Shown: positions 1 to 9,322 of the stretch, one piece after another
Layout: the number at the start of each line of letters is the position of its first letter
Position numbering within the stretch: position 1 is the stretch's first letter
Source of the DNA: a virus
Taxonomy: Duplodnaviria; Caudoviricetes
Strand: one strand, 5' to 3'
DNA: 64,000 nucleotides
Virus record (IMG/VR): IMGVR_UViG_3300028603_000022
Span: 109,849-173,848 of that record
Program-made: the position numbers and the translations under genes
Notes under the pieces: generated by a model
Told to the model about the DNA's origin: nothing
Database searches by the model: none
The model's input: the letters and a program-made list of their open reading frames with translations, nothing else

Positions 1-193
1 TTATTTCCGCCATTCCGAATTGATATCCACCCGCTGTAGGCATGATACGGATTTCAAAGATCGGTTTGATATGATTATCGAAAGAGCTGACCCTTCCGAA
101 AATGAGCTTTATAGCTCCAAGGGTTTTCAGTCGTTCGATGAATCCTTTTTCATCGTTGGTGGAAAGTTCCAAATTTCCAATATTGGCGAACAT
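1..193 (-). CDS. hypothetical protein, runs off the window edge
   Basis: GAGG RBS then ATG at 193; frame MFANIGNLELS... stays open to position 1. Confidence 0.55.
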   Translation of the reverse strand, partial: MFANIGNLELSTNDEKGFIERLKTLGAIKLIFGRVSSFDNHIKPIFEIRIMPTAGGYQFGMAEI

Positions 194-259
194 TTGTTTA
201 CCTCTTTTTATTTATTGATGTCAGGAAAGGGGGATTGGTTTGATGTACAGCCAGGTTTC

Positions 260-592
260 CTAATGCAAAACGATTGGTGTTTTGAATAGCTCGTCCATCC
301 ATTGCTGTATGATTTCATGTTCAACCAAACCCTGAAACCCAAACGTGATCGGCCATTGCGTTTCATATCTGTTTCTCGGATATCGATCTCGCCGGATCCC
401 GAAATTCCGCTTCATATAAGACAGGAAAGGTTCAACTCTATAAACAGGAGCCTCTCCGATATAGTCTCCATTATGGGATATAAATTCATATCTCCCGTTA
501 TTGTAGAAACCCACACCGGCTAAGCACAGCTTGTAGATTGCCATGTGTTCAGGTGAAACAGCGATCTTCTCAACGTTTAGACGGATGGTCAT
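260..592 (-). CDS. hypothetical protein
   Basis: ORF 260..754 trimmed to MTIRLNV, which has a GAGGA RBS. Confidence 0.6.
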   Translation of the reverse strand: MTIRLNVEKIAVSPEHMAIYKLCLAGVGFYNNGRYEFISHNGDYIGEAPVYRVEPFLSYMKRNFGIRRDRYPRNRYETQWPITFGFQGLVEHEIIQQWMDELFKTPIVLH

Positions 593-630
593 CTTAATCC
601 TCATTTGGTTCTGTTGGTAGACAATGACTG

Positions 631-924
631 TTAAATCACAGCCTTTATGTGGTTCCTGTAGTCGGACAGAATTTTGTGGATCATTTCTGCCTGCTTTTTG
701 TCTGCGAAGTAGTAGGCGGTTCGGTGGTTGTTCTTTTTGACGATGAACGGCCACGTCGTGTTGGTGTACGGAATTTCATCCCCACCTAAATCACCATACC
801 TATCATAAAAGACTTCTGTTTTTAGATAGAGAGCGTCTTTCGACTTTTTAACCGGGTAGACCCTGTAGCTAAGGCCGACCAAATTGTATTGAAAGAAATA
901 GAGGGTATTAGGAAGTTCGGCCAT
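631..924 (-). CDS. hypothetical protein
   Basis: AGGAG RBS before MAELPNT. Confidence 0.65.
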   Translation of the reverse strand: MAELPNTLYFFQYNLVGLSYRVYPVKKSKDALYLKTEVFYDRYGDLGGDEIPYTNTTWPFIVKKNNHRTAYYFADKKQAEMIHKILSDYRNHIKAVI

Positions 925-928
925 TATA

Positions 929-1300
929 TTAGCTCCTAGGCAAATCACGTTCTAGAATGTCTTCCAGAACTACTTTGGACATTTTCAGGTCTTCGATCAT
1001 CTGGCCTTGTGGAAACAAGGGTTCAACCATTTGAATGAGCCGTTCCATGACTTCCTTTCTGTATGCCAGACGTTCTCTTATTTTGGTATAAGTTTTCTTA
1101 TCGATAATAATACCATCAGCGATATCTTCGTCCAGCTCGGTGTATGAAAACTTGACTTCGATAACGTCTCCCATGTCATTCCAGTCAACGCTCTCAAGCG
1201 TCAATGGTTCATCATCGATTACGAATGATAGATCAGCCGTATGACCATGAGCCTCTTTAACGCGATTCGTAAGAGTCTTGATGAATTTATTGGCGTCCAT
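929..1300 (-). CDS. hypothetical protein
   Basis: ORF with AAGGA RBS, first gene downstream of the leftward promoter. Confidence 0.7.
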   Translation of the reverse strand: MDANKFIKTLTNRVKEAHGHTADLSFVIDDEPLTLESVDWNDMGDVIEVKFSYTELDEDIADGIIIDKKTYTKIRERLAYRKEVMERLIQMVEPLFPQGQMIEDLKMSKVVLEDILERDLPRS

Positions 1301-1464
1301 GATATTTTCCTTTCACAACGTTTGGGAAGGGTGGACTTGACAGTCCACCTAACCGAAGCGTTGCTTAGTAAAAGAACTACTGCTCCCGTGGGAAACCTTT
1401 TGGAGGGCGGCTTTTACACCACCAACGTTTGAAGGTTTCGCACACGTCCCTGTGGGGACGAATC

Positions 1465-1493
1465 ATCATAACATGATTCGGGGGGATTGTCAA
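1465..1493 (-). promoter_or_regulatory. sigma70-like early promoter (leftward)
   Basis: TTGACA-N17-TATGAT with extended TG. Confidence 0.7.
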
Positions 1494-1615
1494 ATGGACC
1501 GGGTTGCGGGAAACCCTTGCGAATTGTTCAAACGTCGAAAATCGTGAGAAACCGTTGGGAGAACGTTCTGTAAACGTTTGAACATATCCACCGCCAACCC
1601 CTGATTTTGATGGGG

Positions 1616-1644
1616 TTGACACGGACCCCGAATCAGTGTAAAAT
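1616..1644 (+). promoter_or_regulatory. sigma70-like early promoter (rightward)
   Basis: TTGACA-N17-TAAAAT. Confidence 0.7.
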
Positions 1645-1724
1645 GTGTGTGATCCCAATGGGTTGGGGAACCTTGACGGATTGTTCAAACGTTTGAATCC
1701 CCTAATTGAAAGGACTCTCTCAAC

Positions 1725-2612
1725 ATGGCACGTATTTCCAACCGTGATCGCGTTCTCGATATCGTGGACAGCATGTCCAAGAAGCTTCAGGGCGAAGTCG
1801 CGAACCTTCTCGAATCCATCATCGATCTCCAGGCGTCGGAAGACCTTTCCGATCTGGAAGACGCAACTGCGTCGTCTTCGCGTCGGAACAAAGCCGACAA
1901 GAAGTCGAAGAAGAAGGTGAAGGACGAAAAGCCGGCCAAGCGCGGCCGGAAGAAGAAGGATGAAGACGACGAGGATGAGGCGCCGAAGAAGCGCAAGTCG
2001 AAGAAGTCGAAGCCCGAACCTTTTGACGGCACGCCGACCCTCGATGACTGTTACGACTTCCTTTCGGAATTTGAAGGGGAGCCAGTCGAGGGCGGCATTC
2101 GCGAACTGAAACCGGAAGTCAAGAAGCTGGGCGGTGATCCCGACCTTCTGACCGAAGGTATCGAGTCCCGTTCTGAACGTTCGGAAGAACTCGGTATGTT
2201 CATCGCCGCCAACAACGCTCTCGCAGCGAAGCTGAAGCTGCACGATGCGGAAGACGTTGGTGAACTCGCCGAAGAACTCGGTATCGACGTGGACAAGGTG
2301 AAGACCAAGGGCAAGCAGATCGCCGCCATTCTGGTCGCGCTGAACTCCGATGAAGAGCCGGACGACGACGAGGAAGACGAAGACGACGAGGACGAAATCG
2401 AGGAAGAAGACGACGAGGACGAGGAAGAAGACGAGGCGCCGAAGAAGCGCAAGTCGAAGAAGTCCAAGTCCAAGAAGGAAAAGTCTTCCAAGGGCAAGAA
2501 GCGTCGTTCCAAGAAGGACGAGGAAGACGAGGAAGACGAGGAAGACGAGGAAGACGAGGAAGATGACGACGATGGCCTCGACGATATCGACGATATCGAC
2601 GACCTCGACTAA
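1725..2612 (+). CDS. low-complexity protein with alternating Lys-rich and Asp/Glu-rich tracts
   Basis: GAAAGGA RBS; GC-rich third codon positions; EAPKKRKSKKSK present twice; GACGAGGAA tandem repeats. Confidence 0.85.
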   Translation: MARISNRDRVLDIVDSMSKKLQGEVANLLESIIDLQASEDLSDLEDATASSSRRNKADKKSKKKVKDEKPAKRGRKKKDEDDEDEAPKKRKSKKSKPEPFDGTPTLDDCYDFLSEFEGEPVEGGIRELKPEVKKLGGDPDLLTEGIESRSERSEELGMFIAANNALAAKLKLHDAEDVGELAEELGIDVDKVKTKGKQIAAILVALNSDEEPDDDEEDEDDEDEIEEEDDEDEEEDEAPKKRKSKKSKSKKEKSSKGKKRRSKKDEEDEEDEEDEEDEEDDDDGLDDIDDIDDLD

Positions 2613-2629
2613 TCTTCGATAACTGAAAC

Positions 2630-2660
2630 GAGAAGCGGGGTCTAATCCACCCCGCTTCTC
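2630..2660 (+). terminator. GC hairpin, probable terminator
   Basis: GAGAAGCGGGG...CCCCGCTTCTC just after the stop; no clear U-tract. Confidence 0.55.
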
Positions 2661-2677
2661 AACTATCGGCGGTTACG

Positions 2678-2845
2678 ATGAAACGTTTTCAGAAAATGAT
2701 TGACGAGGCGGTATCGGATATGCAGCGCGAAAACAGTGAAATCGCTCTGCAAGCAGCAATTGAATTGATGTTATCAGACTTTTCAACCTACGACGTTGTA
2801 ACCAAGTTACGTGCATGGGCTGATTACCTAGATGAACGTAGGTAG
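2678..2845 (+). CDS. small hypothetical protein (55 aa)
   Basis: MKRFQKMIDEAV...ERR fills the gap; below the ORF-track size cutoff. Confidence 0.45.
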   Translation: MKRFQKMIDEAVSDMQRENSEIALQAAIELMLSDFSTYDVVTKLRAWADYLDERR

Positions 2846-2855
2846 GAGAATAACA

Positions 2856-3044
2856 ATGGAACGACCGAAAGAGCTGGATGTACCTCATTGGGCTGGCTCG
2901 ATGGTGGATAACTATCGTCGCAGTCTCAACCTTCCTCAACGTGTAACAGATCGTATGATCTACGCGCGACTGGAAGAATGTCGAGGAATGCAACTGGAAG
3001 ACATTGAAGAAGCGGTAAAAGATCTTATTGAAGAAACCGCCTAA
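2856..3044 (+). CDS. hypothetical protein
   Basis: AGGAG RBS before MERPKEL. Confidence 0.65.
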   Translation: MERPKELDVPHWAGSMVDNYRRSLNLPQRVTDRMIYARLEECRGMQLEDIEEAVKDLIEETA

Positions 3045-3071
3045 TTAAAGCGAAAATAAAGGAACAGAACC

Positions 3072-3278
3072 ATGACCAAATACGTGATTGAAAAGCACCT
3101 TCGTGAAGGTTCCTACGTTTACGCGGATGGTGGCGCTGATTGTGTTGGCAAAGGTTTCAGGTGTGTCAACAAAGACGAGAAGGGCTTCTATGTCGATTGC
3201 GAGGAAGGTAAACATTACCTCGCTCCCGACGTTCCGAATGGAGAAATTATCGGTTTCTCCATCAATCCTCTTACCTAG
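3072..3278 (+). CDS. hypothetical protein
   Basis: AAGGA RBS. Confidence 0.65.
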   Translation: MTKYVIEKHLREGSYVYADGGADCVGKGFRCVNKDEKGFYVDCEEGKHYLAPDVPNGEIIGFSINPLT

Positions 3279-3356
3279 GCAGTCAATCTAGGAGTTACTG
3301 ATTTGTAATCAAGAAGCTGTAAACCGTAAATTAATAATGATGAAAGGATGACTAAG

Positions 3357-3548
3357 ATGAGCAGGATTTCGATCACCGCCAAACGAGTGAAGGAAACCAA
3401 GGGGGCGTATCAGTATTCGGAAACGGATGAAGACGGAAACGTGATTGAGGATTTCCGTGATACCAAGATCGGCTCCTTCTACATTCGGAAAGACGCTCTG
3501 GACGGAAAGAAAGGGCCGAAGGAAGTCACGTTGATCGTGAAATGGTAG
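3357..3548 (+). CDS. hypothetical protein
   Basis: AAGGA-TGACTAAG-ATG start module. Confidence 0.7.
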   Translation: MSRISITAKRVKETKGAYQYSETDEDGNVIEDFRDTKIGSFYIRKDALDGKKGPKEVTLIVKW

Positions 3549-3643
3549 TTCTAATTCCGTGAAAAGGATAAACACCATGAAGCGCTACAGACATTGGATT
3601 TATGGGTTCTTTTTAAGCAGCAATCAGGCTGCGGAGAAGAACC

Positions 3644-3928
3644 ATGAGCAGAACCAACCGTTTCATTCCTTTTTGGGCGCGTAATGATTATACCAATTGG
3701 GAATTGACCAGACTTGGAATTGATGAGAACTACGTAGCAGGTAAAGACCCTCGGGATGCGTTGAAGAATGGTTATGACGGTGTGAGTCAATCGTATTACT
3801 ATAACGGGTTTCCCACTAAGGGATGGCGTGAGAATTATCAACGTAAGACCAGAATGTTTTTCAAACGGAAATACCACAAACAGTTCAGGCAGCAACAGAA
3901 GCAGGAAATAAGGGGTGGGGAGGACTAG
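3644..3928 (+). CDS. hypothetical basic protein
   Basis: GGAG RBS. Confidence 0.6.
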   Translation: MSRTNRFIPFWARNDYTNWELTRLGIDENYVAGKDPRDALKNGYDGVSQSYYYNGFPTKGWRENYQRKTRMFFKRKYHKQFRQQQKQEIRGGED

Positions 3929-3969
3929 TCCTCCCGCTTCCTTCCTTAGATGAACAAAGGATCAAGACG

Positions 3970-4614
3970 ATGAATAGATTTTTCGCGGCTACCATGTTCT
4001 TCTTTATCGGTTCAACAGTTTCATATTCCGCCACATCTACTCAAGCGGTGGAGGTTTTCGACTGGACTATCGCGAAAGTAATTCAAAATTATAACAAAGC
4101 AACCGCCTGTGTCATGTTCAAAGGACTTGAACAAAGGGCTGCGTTCATGTTCCATTATAAGTTAGAACATGACTCTATAGAAATATCCTTACACAAAGAA
4201 ACATGGGATATACCGCCTGGTGCTCGGACTTCCATATACATGTACTTTGGCAATGAAACTCCATGGAGTTTAGAAGTTTCTCCGGCGGGTCCTACAGGAC
4301 TCATATATAGGCTTTCGTCAAACGGTAAAGACTATGTAGATGCGGGCCTTTTTATTCACGAACTTAGAACTACCCATAAACTACGTATCCAGTTTGGTGG
4401 GTCCGAGCCTGATTGGGAAATGTCATTGATGAACAGTGACACAGCCTTCATGGAATTTCAAAGATGCGCAAGAGAAATAAAAGGTCAACATACACAGCCT
4501 TTCAATTCTATCCCGCCGAAACTTCCTGAAAATACTCAACCATTCAACGATATGGAACACCGCATTCCTTTGTCACCTGTTTTACCTAGACCGGGAGAAC
4601 CAAGGAAGTTTTGA
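3970..4614 (+). CDS. putative secreted/periplasmic protein
   Basis: signal-peptide-like N-terminus MNRFFAATMFFFIGSTVSYSA; AAGGA RBS. Confidence 0.7.
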   Translation: MNRFFAATMFFFIGSTVSYSATSTQAVEVFDWTIAKVIQNYNKATACVMFKGLEQRAAFMFHYKLEHDSIEISLHKETWDIPPGARTSIYMYFGNETPWSLEVSPAGPTGLIYRLSSNGKDYVDAGLFIHELRTTHKLRIQFGGSEPDWEMSLMNSDTAFMEFQRCAREIKGQHTQPFNSIPPKLPENTQPFNDMEHRIPLSPVLPRPGEPRKF

Positions 4615-4620
4615 CCTTGT

Positions 4621-4649
4621 TTGACAGTCCCTGTCCCATGTGATATAAT
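4621..4649 (+). promoter_or_regulatory. consensus sigma70 promoter overlapped by an inverted repeat
   Basis: TTGACA-N17-TATAAT; CCCTGTCCCAT/ATGGGACAGGG arms around the -10 box. Confidence 0.8.
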
Positions 4650-4708
4650 GGGACAGGGGACATACCCGACCATGAAGCTGATGATGTTCAAACGTTAGGA
4701 TGACTAAG

Positions 4709-5293
4709 ATGGCCTCTATCAACGATCTACGTTCCGTAGTTGAGAATCTCACTCCTTCGGATCAGAAATTTGCTCGCTCCTTGCTTGAGCAATACGATCG
4801 GCGTCAATCTCTATCTGTCAAGCAGTGGCCATATGTCCAGTCTCTTTATGAGAAGGCTGTGAAACCCGCCCCCACACAACAAGACCTTCCTGTCACCAAT
4901 ATTGGTGCTATGGGACCGCTTATCGAACTATTCGACAACGCAAAGAGAAGCGGTATCAAATTCCCCAAAATTCGTTTCGATCATGAAGACCATTCCATTG
5001 TACTATCCTTGGCTGGACCGAACGCTCGATTCCCCGGCACGATCAACGTAGTCTGTGACGAAGTTTGGTTAGGCCGGGTATCACGGGATGGTTTCTATAC
5101 TAATCCACGCCGGACTGTTGAACCGATCAACGTCAAGGAAGTCCTTACCAAACTCGCCGCCGATCCGCTGGAAGAAATGAAATTGTACGGACGGAGAACG
5201 GGTAATTGCTGTCTGTGCGGGAGGACATTGACCAACGAAAGCTCAATCGAGGCGGGTATCGGACCGATCTGTGCGGGCAATTGGGGCGTGTGA
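4709..5293 (+). CDS. DUF6011-like Zn-binding domain protein
   Basis: C-terminal CCLCGRTLTNESSIEAGIGPICA motif. Confidence 0.7.
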   Translation: MASINDLRSVVENLTPSDQKFARSLLEQYDRRQSLSVKQWPYVQSLYEKAVKPAPTQQDLPVTNIGAMGPLIELFDNAKRSGIKFPKIRFDHEDHSIVLSLAGPNARFPGTINVVCDEVWLGRVSRDGFYTNPRRTVEPINVKEVLTKLAADPLEEMKLYGRRTGNCCLCGRTLTNESSIEAGIGPICAGNWGV

Positions 5294-5294
5294 A

Positions 5295-5549
5295 ATGAGG
5301 AAAACGCTGAAATTCAGTCGGAAGGTTTTCGAAGGAATTACCGCCCGCGTGTTGGCTTCCATCCTGATTGTCATGGTGTTTGCCCACATTTTGACAATGT
5401 ACGGAAAATACACACTGGCCGGTGGAAACGAATTGAAGGTTTTCATCGATCAAGAAACTGGCGTCCACTACATAGGTTCATCGCTACTCGGACCTACTAT
5501 GGTTCGAATGGACGCCGCTGGAAACGTTGTAACGGAAAAGGAATATTGA
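5295..5549 (+). CDS. membrane-anchored hypothetical protein
   Basis: hydrophobic segment VLASILIVMVFAHIL. Confidence 0.55.
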   Translation: MRKTLKFSRKVFEGITARVLASILIVMVFAHILTMYGKYTLAGGNELKVFIDQETGVHYIGSSLLGPTMVRMDAAGNVVTEKEY

Positions 5550-5550
5550 T

Positions 5551-5739
5551 ATGGCCAAGGTTTACATCGACTTCAACGACAAAAACGGCAAGCCCATTCG
5601 GCAGGCCGAAATTGCAACGGGTGGAGACAGCGCCTACGTACTCCACGACATTCAAAACTACCTGCACGAAGATGGGGAGTTCTCAAACGTTCCGAAAGGA
5701 ACAAAGGAGATTGTCATCCGCATCCCTTGTGATATGTAG
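5551..5739 (+). CDS. hypothetical protein
   Basis: AAGGA RBS, tight packing. Confidence 0.6.
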   Translation: MAKVYIDFNDKNGKPIRQAEIATGGDSAYVLHDIQNYLHEDGEFSNVPKGTKEIVIRIPCDM

Positions 5740-5746
5740 GTGAAAA

Positions 5747-5992
5747 ATGGCGTTCATTCTGTTTGAAACCGGATCGGGTAAATGGTTGAAAAGTAGGCCA
5801 TTGTCACTGCCTGGCGGAGGCGTAGACCACGAACTAATGTTCACGTCTAACCATCAGGAAGCCTCCGCCTACAATGATGTATGGACAAGAGAAGGTGCCA
5901 TCAAAAATTTAGGCGCGGAGAAATGGGCTGATACTATCATTCGGCATTCTCTTGATGGTCGCCCTATTGATGAAGAAGGAACAAATTCATGA
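5747..5992 (+). CDS. hypothetical protein
   Basis: AGGTG RBS, tight packing. Confidence 0.6.
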   Translation: MAFILFETGSGKWLKSRPLSLPGGGVDHELMFTSNHQEASAYNDVWTREGAIKNLGAEKWADTIIRHSLDGRPIDEEGTNS

Positions 5993-6630
5993 CCGAACTC
6001 AACACGTATGAAGATTATCGCAACCTTCCTGAATGCGTCACTGACTACCACAAACTTCGTGAAGTGGCGAAGAACGGCGATAAGGAAACTATTACCGTCA
6101 ACGGTAGGGGAATACAAGTTGTCCGGCTGTACGAAGTTTCAGGGTCCGGCGATAGGTCACATATCGATACGTTTTATGTTTCACCGGAAACCTGTCTCGC
6201 TCAAGTCCATATGTACTGCCTGGGGAACACCCCCGCTCATGCGAAAAGTATAGCATCGCTACCGGGTAAGATCGATGGTTATCTGGACCTACCGGGGGTG
6301 GCGTTGAGTGCTGCAAGTGGATTTGGGCACATTACTGTCCGAGATGAAAGCCTAGACTACGTAAAAAACTTCCAGAAAGATATCCGTTTGGATAGGTACG
6401 TATCGGTATTCGTTACTACATATAAGGATTGGATCATTCAAGAGAACCAATACCTTTCGGTGGATGCGTTGGGTGACATGGGTATGTCGGAAGATCGCTG
6501 TAACAAGCATCTAGTGTTCACTACTCTGGAAGCGGCAGAGAAGTATCTGGAATGGCATAAGGTCAACACTGAAACGCCGGTCTATGACGACTATGACTAT
6601 GATTATGATGACTATGAGTATGAGGATTAA
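5989..6630 (+). CDS. hypothetical protein with Tyr/Asp-rich tail
   Basis: ATGA overlap, AAGGA RBS. Confidence 0.7.
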   Translation: MTELNTYEDYRNLPECVTDYHKLREVAKNGDKETITVNGRGIQVVRLYEVSGSGDRSHIDTFYVSPETCLAQVHMYCLGNTPAHAKSIASLPGKIDGYLDLPGVALSAASGFGHITVRDESLDYVKNFQKDIRLDRYVSVFVTTYKDWIIQENQYLSVDALGDMGMSEDRCNKHLVFTTLEAAEKYLEWHKVNTETPVYDDYDYDYDDYEYED

Positions 6631-6633
6631 ACC

Positions 6634-6999
6634 ATGATAGCTGTAATGGGTGTTAAGGGTCTGCAATTCACAAACGCCAGTGGGTTTCAAGACTTTCTCA
6701 ACGCGATCTATGGCGGAAACTACTATAGGTCTAAGGCGCCTGATGGGTTTGTCTGGTCGAGTAACGGATTTGGTCAGAGCTGTGTAAACGTGGTACTCAC
6801 AGAGTATGACCCGCTGATTGGAGAGCACTTCTCAACAGGACAGGTTCACACCAAACCGTATGAAGGTTTTGCTGGAAACGTTGGGATATCGGGAGAATAT
6901 GGGTTCATTGCGTTTTGTACTCAATATTTCGGCGTTAACAACGTGGTATACAAGGACATAACAGTCGGTAAATCCCCATTCATAGGAGTTTTATCATGA
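6634..6999 (+). CDS. hypothetical protein
   Basis: GAGGA RBS. Confidence 0.65.
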   Translation: MIAVMGVKGLQFTNASGFQDFLNAIYGGNYYRSKAPDGFVWSSNGFGQSCVNVVLTEYDPLIGEHFSTGQVHTKPYEGFAGNVGISGEYGFIAFCTQYFGVNNVVYKDITVGKSPFIGVLS

Positions 7000-7310
7000 G
7001 CAAGAAACGAGTTCAGCTTTCTTCTATCTTGATGGAGTATCCTCAAGCTAGATTTTTCATCGACGCTCTTCCACGGCATAAGTATGGTCCGATATCGTAT
7101 ACCAGTAGTTCTGATGAAGCGAAGGTGATGGAAGCGAAAATCGTCGAAGATCGGTATAAGGTAGGGAACGGCTACAAAATAACTCTTAAGCCGATCGACA
7201 AGAAATATGCAACATCGGATTTCTATCAGATGGATTTCATTTCTCTATGCAGGGAGCAGCCTAAATTCTACTACGTAACTGTTGATGGAGAAAAGGTGGA
7301 ATTGATATGA
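6996..7310 (+). CDS. hypothetical protein
   Basis: AGGAG RBS, ATGA overlap. Confidence 0.65.
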   Translation: MSKKRVQLSSILMEYPQARFFIDALPRHKYGPISYTSSSDEAKVMEAKIVEDRYKVGNGYKITLKPIDKKYATSDFYQMDFISLCREQPKFYYVTVDGEKVELI

Positions 7311-7594
7311 CGTGGCTAAACGAACACAAAGTAATAGAGGAATGGGCAGTATTTCCACCCATTCCAGTGAATAATGGTGAGCCCTTGAGCGAGTGGTTCA
7401 AAACAAAGGCAGCAGCAAAAAATTTCAAAAAGAGTTTGCTTAATGATGGGGTTCCAACCTTTATGGAACAAACATATATGGGATGGATTCATAAAGGGAA
7501 AACATACGAAATAAAGCAGATTTATATAAAGCAATGTCGTATTGTGAAACGACTAACTGTAATAGTAACGCAGGTTGATGATTCTGACTATTAA
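7307..7594 (+). CDS. hypothetical protein
   Basis: ATGA overlap. Confidence 0.6.
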   Translation: MTWLNEHKVIEEWAVFPPIPVNNGEPLSEWFKTKAAAKNFKKSLLNDGVPTFMEQTYMGWIHKGKTYEIKQIYIKQCRIVKRLTVIVTQVDDSDY

Positions 7595-7618
7595 CCTTGA
7601 TGAAAAAGGATGACTAAG

Positions 7619-8128
7619 ATGGCTATCAAGAAGATCAAGCGTTCGAATATCGGTCAAATTCGTGATCGTTTGGAGAAGCGCCTCAAAGCCTTCGAAAAAG
7701 CGCACGGTTTGAAGGTGGATATTGGTGCTATGCGTTTCACGGAGAACAACGTGAAAGTGTCCATGACACTATCCATTATCGATGGTGAGTCTGGAAACGT
7801 CCGTAGTCCTGAGCGGGATGACTTCGTACTTCATGCGCGTAAGTATGGTCTTTCTACTGCTCTCTTGGATAAGAGTTTTTCTTGTCAAGATGGAACGTTC
7901 AAGATCGTAGGTTATCGATCCAGAGCAAGAAAGAACAAGTTCGTAATTCAATCACTTCGCGGCAAGAAATACGTTTGTTCGTTCTTCCAGTTGAGAAGAT
8001 GGCTGCTCGATTATAAGCCCACGATGAAGTATGTGAATGAATTTCACAAACCTGATTATGGTGAGATTATGGGGGAGTCAGATCAGCGTCAGCGGGAACT
8101 GGAAGCAGCTCTCCGTGATAAGCTATAG
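7619..8128 (+). CDS. hypothetical basic protein
   Basis: AAGGA-TGACTAAG-ATG start module. Confidence 0.7.
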   Translation: MAIKKIKRSNIGQIRDRLEKRLKAFEKAHGLKVDIGAMRFTENNVKVSMTLSIIDGESGNVRSPERDDFVLHARKYGLSTALLDKSFSCQDGTFKIVGYRSRARKNKFVIQSLRGKKYVCSFFQLRRWLLDYKPTMKYVNEFHKPDYGEIMGESDQRQRELEAALRDKL

Positions 8129-8137
8129 GAAATAACC

Positions 8138-8467
8138 ATGCTAGATATTCCTGTACTGCTTAATCAAGGAAGACCTATCCAAGTTAATATAGCTTGGTTA
8201 CAAACAAGATGTTGGGTAGAGCGCGGAATATACCGCGCCACCAACCAACCGTACATTCATCTGATTGATCGTCAGAGAAAGGTACTATGTTCAGCAACTG
8301 TTCCTGTTATAGGCTGTGTTCTGGACACGAATCAATGCCTTATAAGAGACGAATCAGAGAGTTTCGGCATCAAGAAAACATTGGTTGATGCCGGGATCGT
8401 AGAGTTAACCGGAGAAACCTATACTTTGGATTCTTCCACCTTTTATGTAGCAAGAATAATGGAGTAA
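8138..8467 (+). CDS. hypothetical protein
   Basis: AGGA RBS, operon packing. Confidence 0.65.
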   Translation: MLDIPVLLNQGRPIQVNIAWLQTRCWVERGIYRATNQPYIHLIDRQRKVLCSATVPVIGCVLDTNQCLIRDESESFGIKKTLVDAGIVELTGETYTLDSSTFYVARIME

Positions 8468-8472
8468 ACACA

Positions 8473-8958
8473 ATGAATAAACCTTATCTTCTACCTTCTC
8501 AAACGGCGTACAAAGAAGCCATAGTCGCTGATATGGTGCCGTGGATCATTCACCACAATGAGGAAAAGGATAAATGGGATAACCTAGTCACGATCCTCGA
8601 ACGTTGTGACGGTAAGAAATTCAGGATGGTTCACCATTCTAAGCCTTTCCATAAGAAACAACACTATACAATCTATGAAGGACGTAATCGCTTCATCAAG
8701 GTTACTATTTGTGAAACCCCAAAAGACACGCAAGAAGACTACGTTCGTGCGCATAGGTACACCGTATTTTGGGGCGACGGAGACAACGGTGGTATCGATC
8801 TTGACGAAGACATTTTAATTGGCGATTGGGATGACAAGCTTCTGCAAGAAAAACTAAAGAACATTTCAGATAACAGGTACTTCGAGGTTATCCTAACTGT
8901 TCTCAATTTCGTAGACAGTTCGGAAACCTGGCAAAGCAAGGAGCAGAGAAATGACTGA
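8473..8958 (+). CDS. hypothetical protein
   Basis: GGAG RBS. Confidence 0.65.
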   Translation: MNKPYLLPSQTAYKEAIVADMVPWIIHHNEEKDKWDNLVTILERCDGKKFRMVHHSKPFHKKQHYTIYEGRNRFIKVTICETPKDTQEDYVRAHRYTVFWGDGDNGGIDLDEDILIGDWDDKLLQEKLKNISDNRYFEVILTVLNFVDSSETWQSKEQRND

Positions 8959-9313
8959 ACCCGTTAACACATCAGAAACCGTCAAGCGTTACATCATACA
9001 TTATGATGGACGTGGAGAACAAGAGCATCCTTCTGGTGATTTCGTTCATTATATGTGTTGGAAGGCGCAGTCTGTAAAACGAGAAGCGGCTGAATCTCGA
9101 TCAGAAGAAGCCCTGGCAGAAGTACGTCGAGTTAAGGATGAAAGCCTAAAACTCGAACGAACAATGATCGAGGCGACCAAAGAAGTTTCCGATCTGAAAG
9201 AGCTGCTTCAAAAGGTATGGAAGCATCATACTTCTGAATACGCTAACAAGGAAGTTGAGAAAGCTGTAGAACAACGTATCATCGATGAACTAAATGCTCT
9301 CGGTATAAAATAG
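8951..9313 (+). CDS. hypothetical coiled-coil protein
   Basis: AGGAG RBS. Confidence 0.65.
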   Translation: MTEPVNTSETVKRYIIHYDGRGEQEHPSGDFVHYMCWKAQSVKREAAESRSEEALAEVRRVKDESLKLERTMIEATKEVSDLKELLQKVWKHHTSEYANKEVEKAVEQRIIDELNALGIK

Positions 9314-9322
9314 GAGTATCTT

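Noticed and set aside
1377-2622. ORFs 1377..2243 (-), 1787..2032 (-), 2051..2512 (-), 2350..2622 (+)
   Set aside because: Shadow frames of the low-complexity gene 1725..2612.
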